From IMG/VR virus record IMGVR_UViG_2974628900_000001, positions 60,305 to 124,304 of that record: a stretch of 64,000 nucleotides of DNA. The stretch is one strand, 5' to 3'. The translations under genes and the position numbers were made by a program. Within the stretch, counting starts at the first letter, position 1. Each line of letters begins with the position of its first letter. Source of the stretch: Streptomyces virus StarPlatinum. Its lineage: Duplodnaviria > Heunggongvirae > Uroviricota > Caudoviricetes. This document shows positions 1 to 9,464 of the stretch, one piece after another. A model generated the notes under the pieces. That model was not told the origin of the DNA and did no database searches. It saw only the letters and a list, made by a program, of their open reading frames with translations.

Positions 1-1970
1 CAATCAACAAGTTCCAGGGTAAGGCTGCCGTAAAGGCTGCTGCTCGTGTATTCCGAGTCCCGGTGGGAGAGGTCAACTCTGCTACTAAGGACGTAGACGC
101 ACCTGCGGATAAGCCAGACCTATTCTTTGATCTGTTTAGCAAGTCAGATAAGGGTCGGAAGTTCACCGAGAAGTATCCAGAGGTTCTTGAGCTTGCTCAT
201 CACCTCAGTGGTCGCATTCAGTCAATGGGTAAGCACCCTGCTGGTATCGTAGTAGCGAAGGAAGAAATTGCTCGCTACGCTCCAATCGAGACGGCAAAGG
301 ACCCCAACGACGCAAATGCACCACGACTTCCTATCGTTGCGTATGACATGAATGAGGCGGCGGACATTGGGCTGATTAAGCTTGACGCCCTTGGTCTAAA
401 GACTCTGACTGTTATCGATGACACCCTTGCGATGATCAAGGATCGTACTGGTAAGGACATTGATCTGCATAAGATCAATCTGGAAGACCGAAGTGTATAT
501 CAGATGCTTGCAGATGGTTACACACTCGGTGTATTCCAGGCAGAAGGAAATACCTTTACCAAGTGGATTCTTGAGGCCGGTGCTAGTGAGTTCAACGATC
601 TAGTCATTGGTACATCAATCGCCCGTCCTGGTCCTCTCAACACCGTTGGTGTTAGCTACAAGGCTAGGAAGAAGGGTAAGGAAAAGGTTGAGTATGACCA
701 CTTCATCATGAAGAGACACACAGAGGAAACTCTTGGTCTCATCATTTATCAGGAGCAGGTCATGCTTGCGATGACTGAGCTTGCCGGAATGTCTATGACA
801 GAGGCAAACAAGGTCCGTAAGATCATCGGTAAGAAGCGTGACGCAAAGGAATTCGAACAGTACAAGGACAAGTTCATTGAGGGAGCCAGCACGAAGGTTC
901 ATCGAGCTGTAGCCGAAAAGCTGTGGCACGACTTCGAGCAGCACGCTGGTTACTCATTCAACAAGTCTCACGCGGTTGTATACTCTATGATCACGTACTG
1001 GACTGCTTGGTTGAAGAAGCATTATCCTCTGGAGTTCATGTGCGCTCTGCTCAAGAACGAAAAGGACACAAGCAAGAAGACTTCAAAGCTGACTGACTAT
1101 CTGATCGAGGCAAAGCGTTTGGGGATTAAGATCCTTCTTCCTCACGTGAACGCCTCCAAGGAGGAATTCAGCATTGAAGAAAACTCCATCAGGTTTGGTA
1201 TCACCAACGTAAAGTACATTCGTGGAAACACGGGTAAGAGGCTTCTGGAGCATGCTCCGTACGCCAACTACGCCGAGCTTGAGGCGAAGGTGATGGAGAA
1301 GGGCAGTGGAATGACTGTCCGAGTGCTTACAGCGCTTAATGCCGTTGGTGGTGCAGCCTTTGAGGACAATCCACGAAGGGGTAACGAGCGTGAGAACTTC
1401 TACGAGTATCTGATGATTCCTGCTTTCGGTACTCAGAGGGTTCCTCCGCGTGTTCAGAATCAGTTCAGGACTTTGGACGAATATTCTGGCACTGGAGCCT
1501 TCCCTGTCCTTGCAATGGTCAAGGATGTTCGTAGGGGTGAAGGATGGGCGCGGGTGGAAATGGTTGACGAAACAGGTACGGCTGGTGTGTTCACCGATAA
1601 GGAAACTCCTATCGAAGCAGGCCAGATGTATGCTATCCTGGTATCTGACAACCGAGTCCACAGGTATGCTACGATGGATGAGTTGATCGGAAAGATCGAC
1701 ACTCCGTTTGTCGAGTATCTGTATGCGAAGGACTACAGTGACATTCCTCCGGGCATGTACAAGGTCTTGAGCTTCATGCCATACAAGACAAAGGCAGGAA
1801 AGATGATGGCCTACACTATCCTTGCAGATTCTGAAAAGGCTCTGCTTCCTGTGATGGCCTTTCCGACTACATTCCACAAGGCTTATGGAAAGTGCAAGCC
1901 TGGTGCAGTGATCGATCCTGTATTGAAGCAGACCCAAGAGGGCTCATTCTTCTACGACAACATTCTCTAG
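1..1970 (+). CDS. dnaE: DNA polymerase III alpha subunit (DnaE), C-terminal part; 5' end lies outside window
   Basis: Reading frame open to window start; motifs HPAGIVV, GYSFNKSHAVVYSMITYW, YPLEFMCALL match DnaE palm/fingers-thumb region. Confidence 0.85.
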   Translation, partial: INKFQGKAAVKAAARVFRVPVGEVNSATKDVDAPADKPDLFFDLFSKSDKGRKFTEKYPEVLELAHHLSGRIQSMGKHPAGIVVAKEEIARYAPIETAKDPNDANAPRLPIVAYDMNEAADIGLIKLDALGLKTLTVIDDTLAMIKDRTGKDIDLHKINLEDRSVYQMLADGYTLGVFQAEGNTFTKWILEAGASEFNDLVIGTSIARPGPLNTVGVSYKARKKGKEKVEYDHFIMKRHTEETLGLIIYQEQVMLAMTELAGMSMTEANKVRKIIGKKRDAKEFEQYKDKFIEGASTKVHRAVAEKLWHDFEQHAGYSFNKSHAVVYSMITYWTAWLKKHYPLEFMCALLKNEKDTSKKTSKLTDYLIEAKRLGIKILLPHVNASKEEFSIEENSIRFGITNVKYIRGNTGKRLLEHAPYANYAELEAKVMEKGSGMTVRVLTALNAVGGAAFEDNPRRGNERENFYEYLMIPAFGTQRVPPRVQNQFRTLDEYSGTGAFPVLAMVKDVRRGEGWARVEMVDETGTAGVFTDKETPIEAGQMYAILVSDNRVHRYATMDELIGKIDTPFVEYLYAKDYSDIPPGMYKVLSFMPYKTKAGKMMAYTILADSEKALLPVMAFPTTFHKAYGKCKPGAVIDPVLKQTQEGSFFYDNIL

Positions 1971-1977
1971 GAGTACA

Positions 1978-2175
1978 ATGGAAGAGGCAGTAAAGGCGGA
2001 GGATCTTCTTCGCCTTCTGCTCCTCGCAAAGGGTGATATCGTAATCACCGCAGAGGAGCTAGAAAGAGCGGTCAATGATCGCACACGTTATTCAGTGGGT
2101 CTGAGTCATGATCCGCTTAAGAAGGAATTCACCTTTCACCTGATTGGAAACGATGAACGACCTGTCAATGACTGA
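1978..2175 (+). CDS. hypothetical protein
   Basis: 65-aa ORF directly after dnaE, co-oriented; no motif recognised. Confidence 0.4.
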   Translation: MEEAVKAEDLLRLLLLAKGDIVITAEELERAVNDRTRYSVGLSHDPLKKEFTFHLIGNDERPVND

Positions 2176-2503
2176 TTACCAGATGGCTGCCGCTGAGACT
2201 GGCATCTATCCTGGTCATGGCGAAGCTACCACCGAGGCAATTGGATACACTGTTCTTGGCCTTGTGGGAGAAGCTGGTGAAATCGCCAATGGATTCAAGA
2301 AGTCAATCCGAGATGAGGATGGCGTAGTAACTGCCGAAAAGGCACAGGCGCTGGCCGCTGAGCTAGGAGATGTGCTTTGGTATGTTGCCAATCTTGCCAG
2401 CGAGCTTGGATATCCGCTTGAGCTAATCGCCAAGCAGAATCTACAGAAGCTAAAGTCTCGGGCCGCCCGTGGAGTGATTTCAGGTAGCGGAGACAACCGA
2501 TAA
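2144..2503 (+). CDS. mazG: MazG-like nucleoside triphosphate pyrophosphohydrolase
   Basis: All-alpha NTP-PPase signature EAGEIAN...LGDVLWYVANLASELG typical of MazG/HisE family. Confidence 0.75.
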   Translation: METMNDLSMTDYQMAAAETGIYPGHGEATTEAIGYTVLGLVGEAGEIANGFKKSIRDEDGVVTAEKAQALAAELGDVLWYVANLASELGYPLELIAKQNLQKLKSRAARGVISGSGDNR

Positions 2504-2664
2504 CTGATATACTTGCTCCATGAGCACAGAAGCATATTTCCTCCGGGGAGTCGAAGAAGAACACCTATTGGTATTCCGAGGCGATGACCCGGAGGAAATT
2601 TTGTTTATCATTAAGCGGTTGGCCGCCTGCCGCGATAAGAAAATAAAGGCAATGGCAGAAAAAC

Positions 2665-3696
2665 TTGAAGAGGAATGGAACCAGAGAGAATATGGAAATC
2701 GAAGAGGAGATCCTAGCAAAGCTAAGTCCCAAGGTGCTGGCGCGGGCGAAGATGGGCTCAGAAGTAATTCTTCAAAAGCAGCCGACTCCAAGCACCGGAC
2801 TTAATGCTGCATTGCGTGGAGGCATCGGCTATGGCCGTCAGACACTAATCTGGGGTAGCAAGTCAGCCGGTAAGTCAACCTTCTGCCTAGGAACACTAGG
2901 TCTAGCGCAAGCAGCGGGCAAGAAGGTAGCGTTCATCGACTCAGAGCAGTCCTTTGATCCATCATGGGCTGAAAGACTGGGAGTCGATACAAGAAAGCTG
3001 ATCTATACAGACGTAAAGACGATTGAAGATATGGTTGGGGCCGGTGTCGAGTTTATGAAGGCTGGCATCGATGTTGTAACTGTAGACTCAATCTCAGCCC
3101 TACTGTCATCTGCATACTTTGAGAAGGACAAGAAGGGTGACGAACTAAAGGAACTTAGCGGAACTAAGCAGATTGGTTCAGAGGCCCGTGAGCTTGCAAA
3201 TGGTGTAAAGATGCTTAACTACGCAAACAAGAATACGGCACTTCTGCTAATCTCACAGGTGAGAAACAAGATCACAACTTATGGTGCAATGCACCAGGCT
3301 ACTGGTGGACATGCTGTAGACTTCTTTAGCAGCACGGTTATCAAGCTTTGGTCATCTGCACGTGAGGCCGATCAGATTCAGGGAGAAGTCTACAATGGAG
3401 ACATGATCCTTAAGGAGCCTATCGGACGTGAGGTAACCTGGAGCATTGACAAGAACAAGCTAGGTCCACCAAACAAGACAGGTAGTTACAACCTATTCTA
3501 CGATGGTTCATTCATCGGAATTGACAATCTTGGCGAAGCCATTGATCTGGCAATCGCTCTGGGAATTGTTGAAAAGAAGGGCAACTGGCTTTACTACCAA
3601 GACATTAAGGAAAACGGCAAGGCCGGATTCACTGCTGTTTTGAGGGCAAGCGAGGAGCTTTCTGCCAAGCTAATTGGGGAGGTGGAAAGTGCATAA
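2665..3696 (+). CDS. RecA/UvsX-family recombinase
   Basis: Walker A GSKSAGKST at about residue 66 (same position as RecA), IDSE Walker B-like, 343 aa. Confidence 0.8.
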   Translation: MKRNGTRENMEIEEEILAKLSPKVLARAKMGSEVILQKQPTPSTGLNAALRGGIGYGRQTLIWGSKSAGKSTFCLGTLGLAQAAGKKVAFIDSEQSFDPSWAERLGVDTRKLIYTDVKTIEDMVGAGVEFMKAGIDVVTVDSISALLSSAYFEKDKKGDELKELSGTKQIGSEARELANGVKMLNYANKNTALLLISQVRNKITTYGAMHQATGGHAVDFFSSTVIKLWSSAREADQIQGEVYNGDMILKEPIGREVTWSIDKNKLGPPNKTGSYNLFYDGSFIGIDNLGEAIDLAIALGIVEKKGNWLYYQDIKENGKAGFTAVLRASEELSAKLIGEVESA

Positions 3697-3886
3697 TCCT
3701 TTCGAAGAAGTCCCGGCGCAAGAGAAGCCAATTCAGCCAGGCATCCTGATTGATGGAAGCTTCTCTTGCATGACCTGCGGCGAAGTAGTTGACGAAGCGG
3801 AGTATTTGCCAGTCGATAAGATTCTCGGCTGGCTTTGCTCAGAAGGACACAAGTCCTTGATTGAAAACTTTAACCTGGGAGCGTAA
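3674..3886 (+). CDS. small Cys-containing protein (possible zinc ribbon)
   Basis: 70 aa, CxxC pair CMTCGE plus C/H. Confidence 0.4.
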   Translation: MGRWKVHNPFEEVPAQEKPIQPGILIDGSFSCMTCGEVVDEAEYLPVDKILGWLCSEGHKSLIENFNLGA

Positions 3887-4206
3887 TGACAGAACTAAAC
3901 GAGATTAAGAGAGACGGCGGAAAGGCTCAGAAGAATTCCGGCCGTGGAAAGATTCAAAAGGGCGATGCCAAGCTAGGTCCGTTCTGCTACGACATCAAGG
4001 AGTATGCTAATTCCTTTAGTGTCTCCAAGGATGTCTGGGGAAAGGTTTGCACAGATGCCTTCCGATCTGGTAGGATGGTACCGGCACTCAAGCTAGTTCT
4101 TGGAGCTGGCAATGAGAAGACCCGAGTATGGGTCATCGGAGACAATATGTTTCACGAGATGCTAGAAGCATGGGAGGAGAAGTATGGCGAAGCTAATGAG
4201 AGTTGA
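3886..4206 (+). CDS. hypothetical protein
   Basis: 106-aa ORF, start overlaps upstream stop (ATGA). Confidence 0.45.
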   Translation: MTELNEIKRDGGKAQKNSGRGKIQKGDAKLGPFCYDIKEYANSFSVSKDVWGKVCTDAFRSGRMVPALKLVLGAGNEKTRVWVIGDNMFHEMLEAWEEKYGEANES

Positions 4207-4396
4207 GTTTATCCGTCGTGACAATGGCGGATGGATGGTTTACGAGAAGTTTGAAGATGGAGCTGAGCAGGGCGGCCCGGTGGGATATGAAGAAGCCCGC
4301 CACGTCCTTGCAAACGCCTTCGGTGAAACCAATACCGAACCATTCAATATGGATCTAGTTAAGGAATCAGATGAAGCTAGTAATCACGGTTCCTGA
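4184..4396 (+). CDS. hypothetical protein
   Basis: 70-aa ORF in co-directional array. Confidence 0.4.
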   Translation: MAKLMRVEFIRRDNGGWMVYEKFEDGAEQGGPVGYEEARHVLANAFGETNTEPFNMDLVKESDEASNHGS

Positions 4397-4553
4397 GCAA
4401 GTATTCGAGTACGAGATTCCAGACTATGTTGCTGAGCGCTATCGTGAAATGATGGCCGAACCTCACGAAGAGTGGGAGGAGCAAGACTTCTGGGATACTT
4501 GGACATCTGATACATGGCCCGAAACATATTTGGAGGTAGTTGATGACGACTGA
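4371..4553 (+). CDS. hypothetical acidic protein
   Basis: 60-aa acidic, Trp-rich ORF. Confidence 0.35.
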   Translation: MKLVITVPEQVFEYEIPDYVAERYREMMAEPHEEWEEQDFWDTWTSDTWPETYLEVVDDD

Positions 4554-4884
4554 GGAAAACCCTCTCGTCCTCATTTCAAGGATTTCTGAGTTCCAGGAAG
4601 TTCATGAGTTCATGGAAGACGAAGATCTTGACAGGGCTCTGCACTATGTGATTAAGTTGATGATGAAGCCGGACGTAAAAAACCCGGTGGCAGCACAGCA
4701 GCTTATCATTCAGCTACAAGCATATGCAGCCAAGTTTGCCATGATGGCTACGATTTATTCTACAATCAAGAAGGATCGTGGTGGAACAGTAAATGGAATG
4801 AAGAAGAACATCTACTATACAGCCGCAGCCGAACTGGATAAGGTTGTTCAGTCCTTGAAGTATTCATTCAAGACTCAAGTATGA
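4540..4884 (+). CDS. hypothetical protein
   Basis: 114-aa ORF, overlaps upstream stop. Confidence 0.45.
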   Translation: MMTTEENPLVLISRISEFQEVHEFMEDEDLDRALHYVIKLMMKPDVKNPVAAQQLIIQLQAYAAKFAMMATIYSTIKKDRGGTVNGMKKNIYYTAAAELDKVVQSLKYSFKTQV

Positions 4885-4907
4885 TACAATGATATTCGTT
4901 AAGAGAA

Positions 4908-5690
4908 ATGGATACTATGTCTACAGGACTAATCAAAACAGTACGGCTAGGGAAGAAGCTGTCTTTCGACACTAAGAAGTTTCTTTCTATCGTTGAGCAG
5001 GCTTATGTCAACTCACGGCCGAAGAGTAAGTATTCCAAGAAGGTTTCCTTTTCTCCATCTTCTGTAGGCTATGGTGCTGGTACTTGTCCAAGGTACTGGT
5101 ACCTAGCCTTTACAGGTGGAGAATTCGAGAACACATTCGACGGACTAAGTGTCGCCAATATGGCTAATGGTACGGCAGCTCACGATAGAATCGAAAAGCT
5201 ATTTGCTGACGCGGGCGTACTTGAAGAAGCAGAGCGTGAAATCACACATCAGAATCCCCCAATCAGGGGGTTTGTTGATGTTATCGTGAATTTTGAGGGA
5301 AAGCGTGTAGTCGGAGAGTTTAAGACAACTCGACAGGAGTCCTACATTCATCGTGAGGCAACTGGAACGGCTATCGATTACCACAAGGTTCAGGTCCTTA
5401 TTTATATGCGTGTCCTCGGTCTAGACGAGGGCTTTGTTCTTTACGAGAACAAGAATACGCAGGAGCTTTTCCTTGTACCTGTAATCATGGACGAGGCAAA
5501 TGCTGAATATACGGACTACATCTTCAACTGGATGAATGAAGTTCGAAAGCTGTGGGAGGAAGAGAAGCTTCCTACGCGGCCATTCAGTCAGAAGAATAAG
5601 GCATGCAAGTCATGCGCGCTATTCAATCTGTGTTGGAACGAATCTCCAGAAGGCGACGTTACTAAAGCACCATTGGAGGTGAAGAAGTAA
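4908..5690 (+). CDS. PD-(D/E)XK nuclease, Cas4/RecB-like with C-terminal Cys cluster
   Basis: N-terminal Cys (CPRYWY), D...E.K nuclease core (DVIVNFEGKRVVGEFKT), C-terminal CKSCALFNLC: the Cas4-like Fe-S exonuclease pattern. Confidence 0.65.
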   Translation: MDTMSTGLIKTVRLGKKLSFDTKKFLSIVEQAYVNSRPKSKYSKKVSFSPSSVGYGAGTCPRYWYLAFTGGEFENTFDGLSVANMANGTAAHDRIEKLFADAGVLEEAEREITHQNPPIRGFVDVIVNFEGKRVVGEFKTTRQESYIHREATGTAIDYHKVQVLIYMRVLGLDEGFVLYENKNTQELFLVPVIMDEANAEYTDYIFNWMNEVRKLWEEEKLPTRPFSQKNKACKSCALFNLCWNESPEGDVTKAPLEVKK

Positions 5691-5972
5691 TTGATTTGCG
5701 CCTATGGAGAGTGCGGCAACATGTTCGAGCCCAAGACTCATAATCAGAAGTTTTGCAGCTCAGCATGTTGCCGTAAGGCGACCAACGCACGTATCATGGA
5801 AAAGTATTACGCCAGACGTGATCGCAAGAGAGGTAAAGTGCGAACATGTTCTGAGTGCCCGACTGTTCTTTCCCGATATAACAGCTCAGAAAAGTGCGAG
5901 GGTTGTCAGGGAAAGACGCGGCGGGACGAGAGAGCCGAACTTTTGGAGTTGATTGGTAGTGCCTCTTTCTGA
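5691..5972 (+). CDS. zinc-ribbon protein
   Basis: TTG start; two CxxC pairs (CAYGEC..CSSACC; CSEC..CEGC); basic. Confidence 0.45.
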   Translation: MICAYGECGNMFEPKTHNQKFCSSACCRKATNARIMEKYYARRDRKRGKVRTCSECPTVLSRYNSSEKCEGCQGKTRRDERAELLELIGSASF

Positions 5973-6528
5973 CCTTCACAAGACGAAGGCTCAGAAGGTA
6001 ATGGGTATCGACTGCTCAACTAAGTCTATTGCATTTACCATCTTCGATGGAGAGAACTTCTACAGATGTGGAGAGGTTAATTTCAACGGTGAAACAGTTT
6101 TTGACAGAACTTATGACGCTCACGTAAAGACTTTGGCACTATTCGAAGAGTTCACTCCTGACTTTGTAGCAATCGAAGCAGCAATTATGGTTCGAAGCAC
6201 ATCAGTAGCTATTAAGATGGCTTATGTGTTTGGCGCAGTAATTGCTGCATTGCTCAAGAATGGAGCGAAGGTAATTGAAGTACCTCCTATGAGCTGGCAG
6301 TCATTTATTGGAAACAAGATTTTGACTAAGGCTGAGAAGGATGCAATTAAGGCTGAGTTCCCTGGGAAGTCTGCAAGCTGGTATCAGAATAAGGGCAGAC
6401 AGATCAGGAAGCAGCGAACCATCACCTTTGCCAAGGAAAAATTTGGCATTGAGCTAGAAAGCGATAACGTGGCTGACTCACTGGGAATTGGCTGGTGGGC
6501 AGTACAGAACAAAACTAGAAGGAGCTAA
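5953..6528 (+). CDS. RuvC-like Holliday junction resolvase
   Basis: MGIDCSTKSIAF (RuvC motif I-like Asp), acidic residues, DSLGIGWW C-terminal motif; 191 aa. Confidence 0.7.
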   Translation: MVVPLSDLHKTKAQKVMGIDCSTKSIAFTIFDGENFYRCGEVNFNGETVFDRTYDAHVKTLALFEEFTPDFVAIEAAIMVRSTSVAIKMAYVFGAVIAALLKNGAKVIEVPPMSWQSFIGNKILTKAEKDAIKAEFPGKSASWYQNKGRQIRKQRTITFAKEKFGIELESDNVADSLGIGWWAVQNKTRRS

Positions 6529-6529
6529 C

Positions 6530-6994
6530 ATGATAGTAGCGGGAACTGGACATCGAGATCTGAGGGACCGTGACTGGATTGCTGGCCAAATCGAGAAGGC
6601 CCTCATTGATATGGGGGCCTCTCTTGTTTACGTCGGCATGGCCTCTGGAGCTGATCTCCTAATGGCGAAAATCTCTTGGGGTCTAGGTATTCCATTCATT
6701 GCTGCAAAGCCATGGAGGGGCCACAAGCCTCGCCAGGCCGATGAGTATGACTATGGCCGAGCGCTTCACTACGCAGAAGAGGTTGTCAACGTTACTAACT
6801 ATGACAGCTACCCTGGAGCATGGGTGTACGACGAGCGAAACCGGTTCATGGTTGACAACGCTGATGCCTATCTGGCAGTATTGGAAGCCGGTAGGACTGG
6901 CGGCACTTACAATTGCGTTAAGTACGCATCCCGCAAGGGCAAGTCAGGCATAATCATCGATCCTCTGATGAGGGAGGTGACAAAGCTTGGCTAA
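6530..6994 (+). CDS. SLOG/DprA-like Rossmann-fold protein (DUF1273/DUF2493-like)
   Basis: AGGAG RBS before ATG 6530; GTGHRD...GMASGADLL motifs; family assignment tentative. Confidence 0.45.
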   Translation: MIVAGTGHRDLRDRDWIAGQIEKALIDMGASLVYVGMASGADLLMAKISWGLGIPFIAAKPWRGHKPRQADEYDYGRALHYAEEVVNVTNYDSYPGAWVYDERNRFMVDNADAYLAVLEAGRTGGTYNCVKYASRKGKSGIIIDPLMREVTKLG

Positions 6995-7137
6995 GCTATA
7001 TGAGAGCAAGGCGTGGTTGCAGGAAAGATATCGCAGAAAGACTGCGGCTCAGATTGCTAAGATCTGTGGCGTCTCTGAAATGACGATCACTCGATGGCTC
7101 GCAAAACATAACATTCCAATCAGGAGGAGCCGATGAG
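6988..7137 (+). CDS. small helix-turn-helix protein
   Basis: 49-aa ORF (TTG start) with HTH-like AKICGVSEMTITRWLAKHNI; below 60-aa track cutoff. Confidence 0.35.
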
Positions 7138-7924
7138 ATACAATTCTCGTCAAGAAGTCGAGCGTGCTGGAGAGCGCGGCGCAAAGAGTGAAACGGATGA
7201 CTTCGGTACTAGATACTGGATGCTAGACAGCTTTTGGATGTATGCCGAAGACAATGACTATGCAATGACTCCGCATTTTGCAGCGGGCCGGTGCTATTGG
7301 GAATCATGGGTTACTGCCTACATTTCTCAAAGAGTAGAGCCAGGATCAGTATTTGTAGACGTTGGTGCTAATCTAGGCTACTACTCCTTGTGGGCGGCAA
7401 AGCATGGATGCAATGTCATGGCATATGAACCAAACAGAGATCTGTTTATGAAGCTATTCAATTCAAAGCTTCTGAATAATGTGAAGATTTATCAGGGGTC
7501 TGTAGCGCTTGGCGATAGCTGGGAGCCCACTGAAAGAGTTCTCTATATTCCAGAGGGTCATTCTGGCGGAGCAAATATGTACGGAGCTAGTGGATCTTAC
7601 ACAATGCAGCACATGTATGTGCAGAGCTTTGACAGCGGCGTTCCAATTCCACGAGACTACGATGGCACGATCTATGTAAAGATTGATGCAGAAGGCGCGG
7701 AGCCAGAGATCTTTTCTGGCATGAAGTGGTGCTGGAAGCAAAAGCCAATGGTTCTATTCATGGAGTGGGATATCAGCCGTTACGATTCTTCATTTGGTGA
7801 GAAGCTTCTTGACAGTGGCAAGGTAAGCCTGATAGAGTACGATGGTACAGCCAGGGAGCTGGATCTTGATGGCCTATTGAGCCTAAAGGAACTACGAATG
7901 ATTGTGGTGGAAAACGACAAGTGA
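7133..7924 (+). CDS. FkbM-family SAM-dependent methyltransferase
   Basis: VFVDVGANLGYYSLWAA glycine-rich SAM motif and FkbM-like architecture. Confidence 0.7.
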   Translation: MRYNSRQEVERAGERGAKSETDDFGTRYWMLDSFWMYAEDNDYAMTPHFAAGRCYWESWVTAYISQRVEPGSVFVDVGANLGYYSLWAAKHGCNVMAYEPNRDLFMKLFNSKLLNNVKIYQGSVALGDSWEPTERVLYIPEGHSGGANMYGASGSYTMQHMYVQSFDSGVPIPRDYDGTIYVKIDAEGAEPEIFSGMKWCWKQKPMVLFMEWDISRYDSSFGEKLLDSGKVSLIEYDGTARELDLDGLLSLKELRMIVVENDK

Positions 7925-8544
7925 TTAAGATCGGAATGACCGGTGCCCAAGGCACTGGAAAAACATCCATGGCTCAGGCCATGGCACAAAGCCCGGCGTT
8001 CAAGGATTTCGTCCTTGTTCCATCAACAGCTAGACAGATCAAGGATTACGGTTATCCTATCAACAGGGAAGCAACCGAGCTAAGTCAGATCCTTGTTCCA
8101 GTTCTTAGAATGGTGGACGAGTGGGAAACCATGACCAGTCCACAGAACACTCTGTATAAGCAGGGAATCATTTCTGACAGAACACTGATCGATTCACTAG
8201 CATACACCTATTACCAGAATGAATACGTCTGGGAGAACGGTGCGCTTATTGAGAATGTGACCAGGCGACTGACAGAAATGCACATGCAGTCATACCACTT
8301 CGTTCTATATTTCCCGGTGTACTGGGAGGCAGAAGAAGACGGTGTGAGAGACGCAGACGAATCATATAGAAATCGTATTGATGACTATGTCATTCAGTCT
8401 CTAGAAATGCTCAACGTTCCCTATCTGACAGTTCCAGATGTTTCACCAGAAGAACGAGTAGAATGGTTCATTGGTGAAGTGCAGGAGCTATACGCCGAAG
8501 CAGAGAAGCAGTACCTGCGCCGATACGGCAATGGTCTGCTATAA
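7921..8544 (+). CDS. P-loop NTPase (AAA_28/NadR-kinase-like)
   Basis: Walker A GAQGTGKTS at N-terminus, 207 aa. Confidence 0.55.
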   Translation: MIKIGMTGAQGTGKTSMAQAMAQSPAFKDFVLVPSTARQIKDYGYPINREATELSQILVPVLRMVDEWETMTSPQNTLYKQGIISDRTLIDSLAYTYYQNEYVWENGALIENVTRRLTEMHMQSYHFVLYFPVYWEAEEDGVRDADESYRNRIDDYVIQSLEMLNVPYLTVPDVSPEERVEWFIGEVQELYAEAEKQYLRRYGNGLL

Positions 8545-8565
8545 TAATCTTGAAAGCGAGGAGAT

Positions 8566-8886
8566 ATGGGAACACCTACTAGAAGACGTTCCAAGGTAAA
8601 GAACCCGGATGCGTGGTGGCAGCAAGCCTACCTTGGGATTGATTACATCGTTCCCGCGTTTGAATTCGAGCTTGATGGAGAAGTGATCTTGCCAAAGGCA
8701 CTCATCAAGTTTAAGAACACGCGAGGCACTTACAAGTTTCGATGCGTTGCTACGAATGTGAGGACTGGAAAGACCTGGATCGATTGCATTAATGCAGATA
8801 CAGGGGAATGGAAGTCTTTCTACGTAGAACGTCTAAAGGGACTGGTGAAGCCTAAGCGTTCACGTAGAAGGAGAAAGGTTGCCTAA
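8566..8886 (+). CDS. hypothetical basic protein
   Basis: 106-aa ORF, Arg/Lys-rich termini. Confidence 0.45.
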   Translation: MGTPTRRRSKVKNPDAWWQQAYLGIDYIVPAFEFELDGEVILPKALIKFKNTRGTYKFRCVATNVRTGKTWIDCINADTGEWKSFYVERLKGLVKPKRSRRRRKVA

Positions 8887-9403
8887 AGAACTAGCAGAAA
8901 TCGACAGAATTGAGCGAATGAATGAAGTCGTAACTGCATACCTTAAGGGCGACAATCCTACTCAGATTGCCAAGATCACTGGGCTTAAGCGCGCAGAGGT
9001 GCTTGAATATATTGAAGAGTGGCGCGTAGTCGCTCAGAACAACAAGACTATTCAGGCACGAGCCACTGAGGCATTGACCTCAATGGATGAGCATTACAAT
9101 ATGATCATCCGTGAACTGTGGGAAACCATGGAACAGGCTGACCTCAATAACGACTTCAAGCTAAAGGCAACTGTTCTAAAGTCTCTTGCAGATGTTGAAG
9201 GCAAGAGGGTCGATCTGCTACAGAAGGCAGGACTTCTCGATAACCAGCAAATTGGTGATGAAGTCATCGAGATGGAGAAGAAGCACGAAATCCTTATCGG
9301 AATTCTGCGAGAAGTAACCTCCGACTGTCCTCACTGCAAGGTCGAAGTTGCCAGAAGGCTTTCCAGCGTAACGGGCAAGACAGAAACCATTGTCGTCCCC
9401 TGA
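8879..9403 (+). CDS. putative terminase small subunit
   Basis: N-terminal HTH-like segment, coiled C-terminus, immediately upstream of terminase large subunit. Confidence 0.5.
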   Translation: MPKELAEIDRIERMNEVVTAYLKGDNPTQIAKITGLKRAEVLEYIEEWRVVAQNNKTIQARATEALTSMDEHYNMIIRELWETMEQADLNNDFKLKATVLKSLADVEGKRVDLLQKAGLLDNQQIGDEVIEMEKKHEILIGILREVTSDCPHCKVEVARRLSSVTGKTETIVVP

Positions 9404-9408
9404 TCAAT

Positions 9409-9464
9409 AATCCTATATCCTTTCATGATATACTATTCAATATGAAAGGATATAGGATTTTTTG
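9409..9464 (+). terminator. perfect 18-bp stem-loop plus T-run immediately before terL start
   Basis: AATCCTATATCCTTTCAT-15 nt loop-ATGAAAGGATATAGGATT followed by TTTTT; ends 1 nt before ATG 9465. Confidence 0.6.

Noticed and set aside
2520-2804. 94-aa + strand ORF overlapping the RecA-like gene start
   Set aside because: It overlaps 140 nt of the RecA-like ORF in another frame. The RecA Walker A spacing supports the 2665 start, so this ORF is probably spurious or much shorter.
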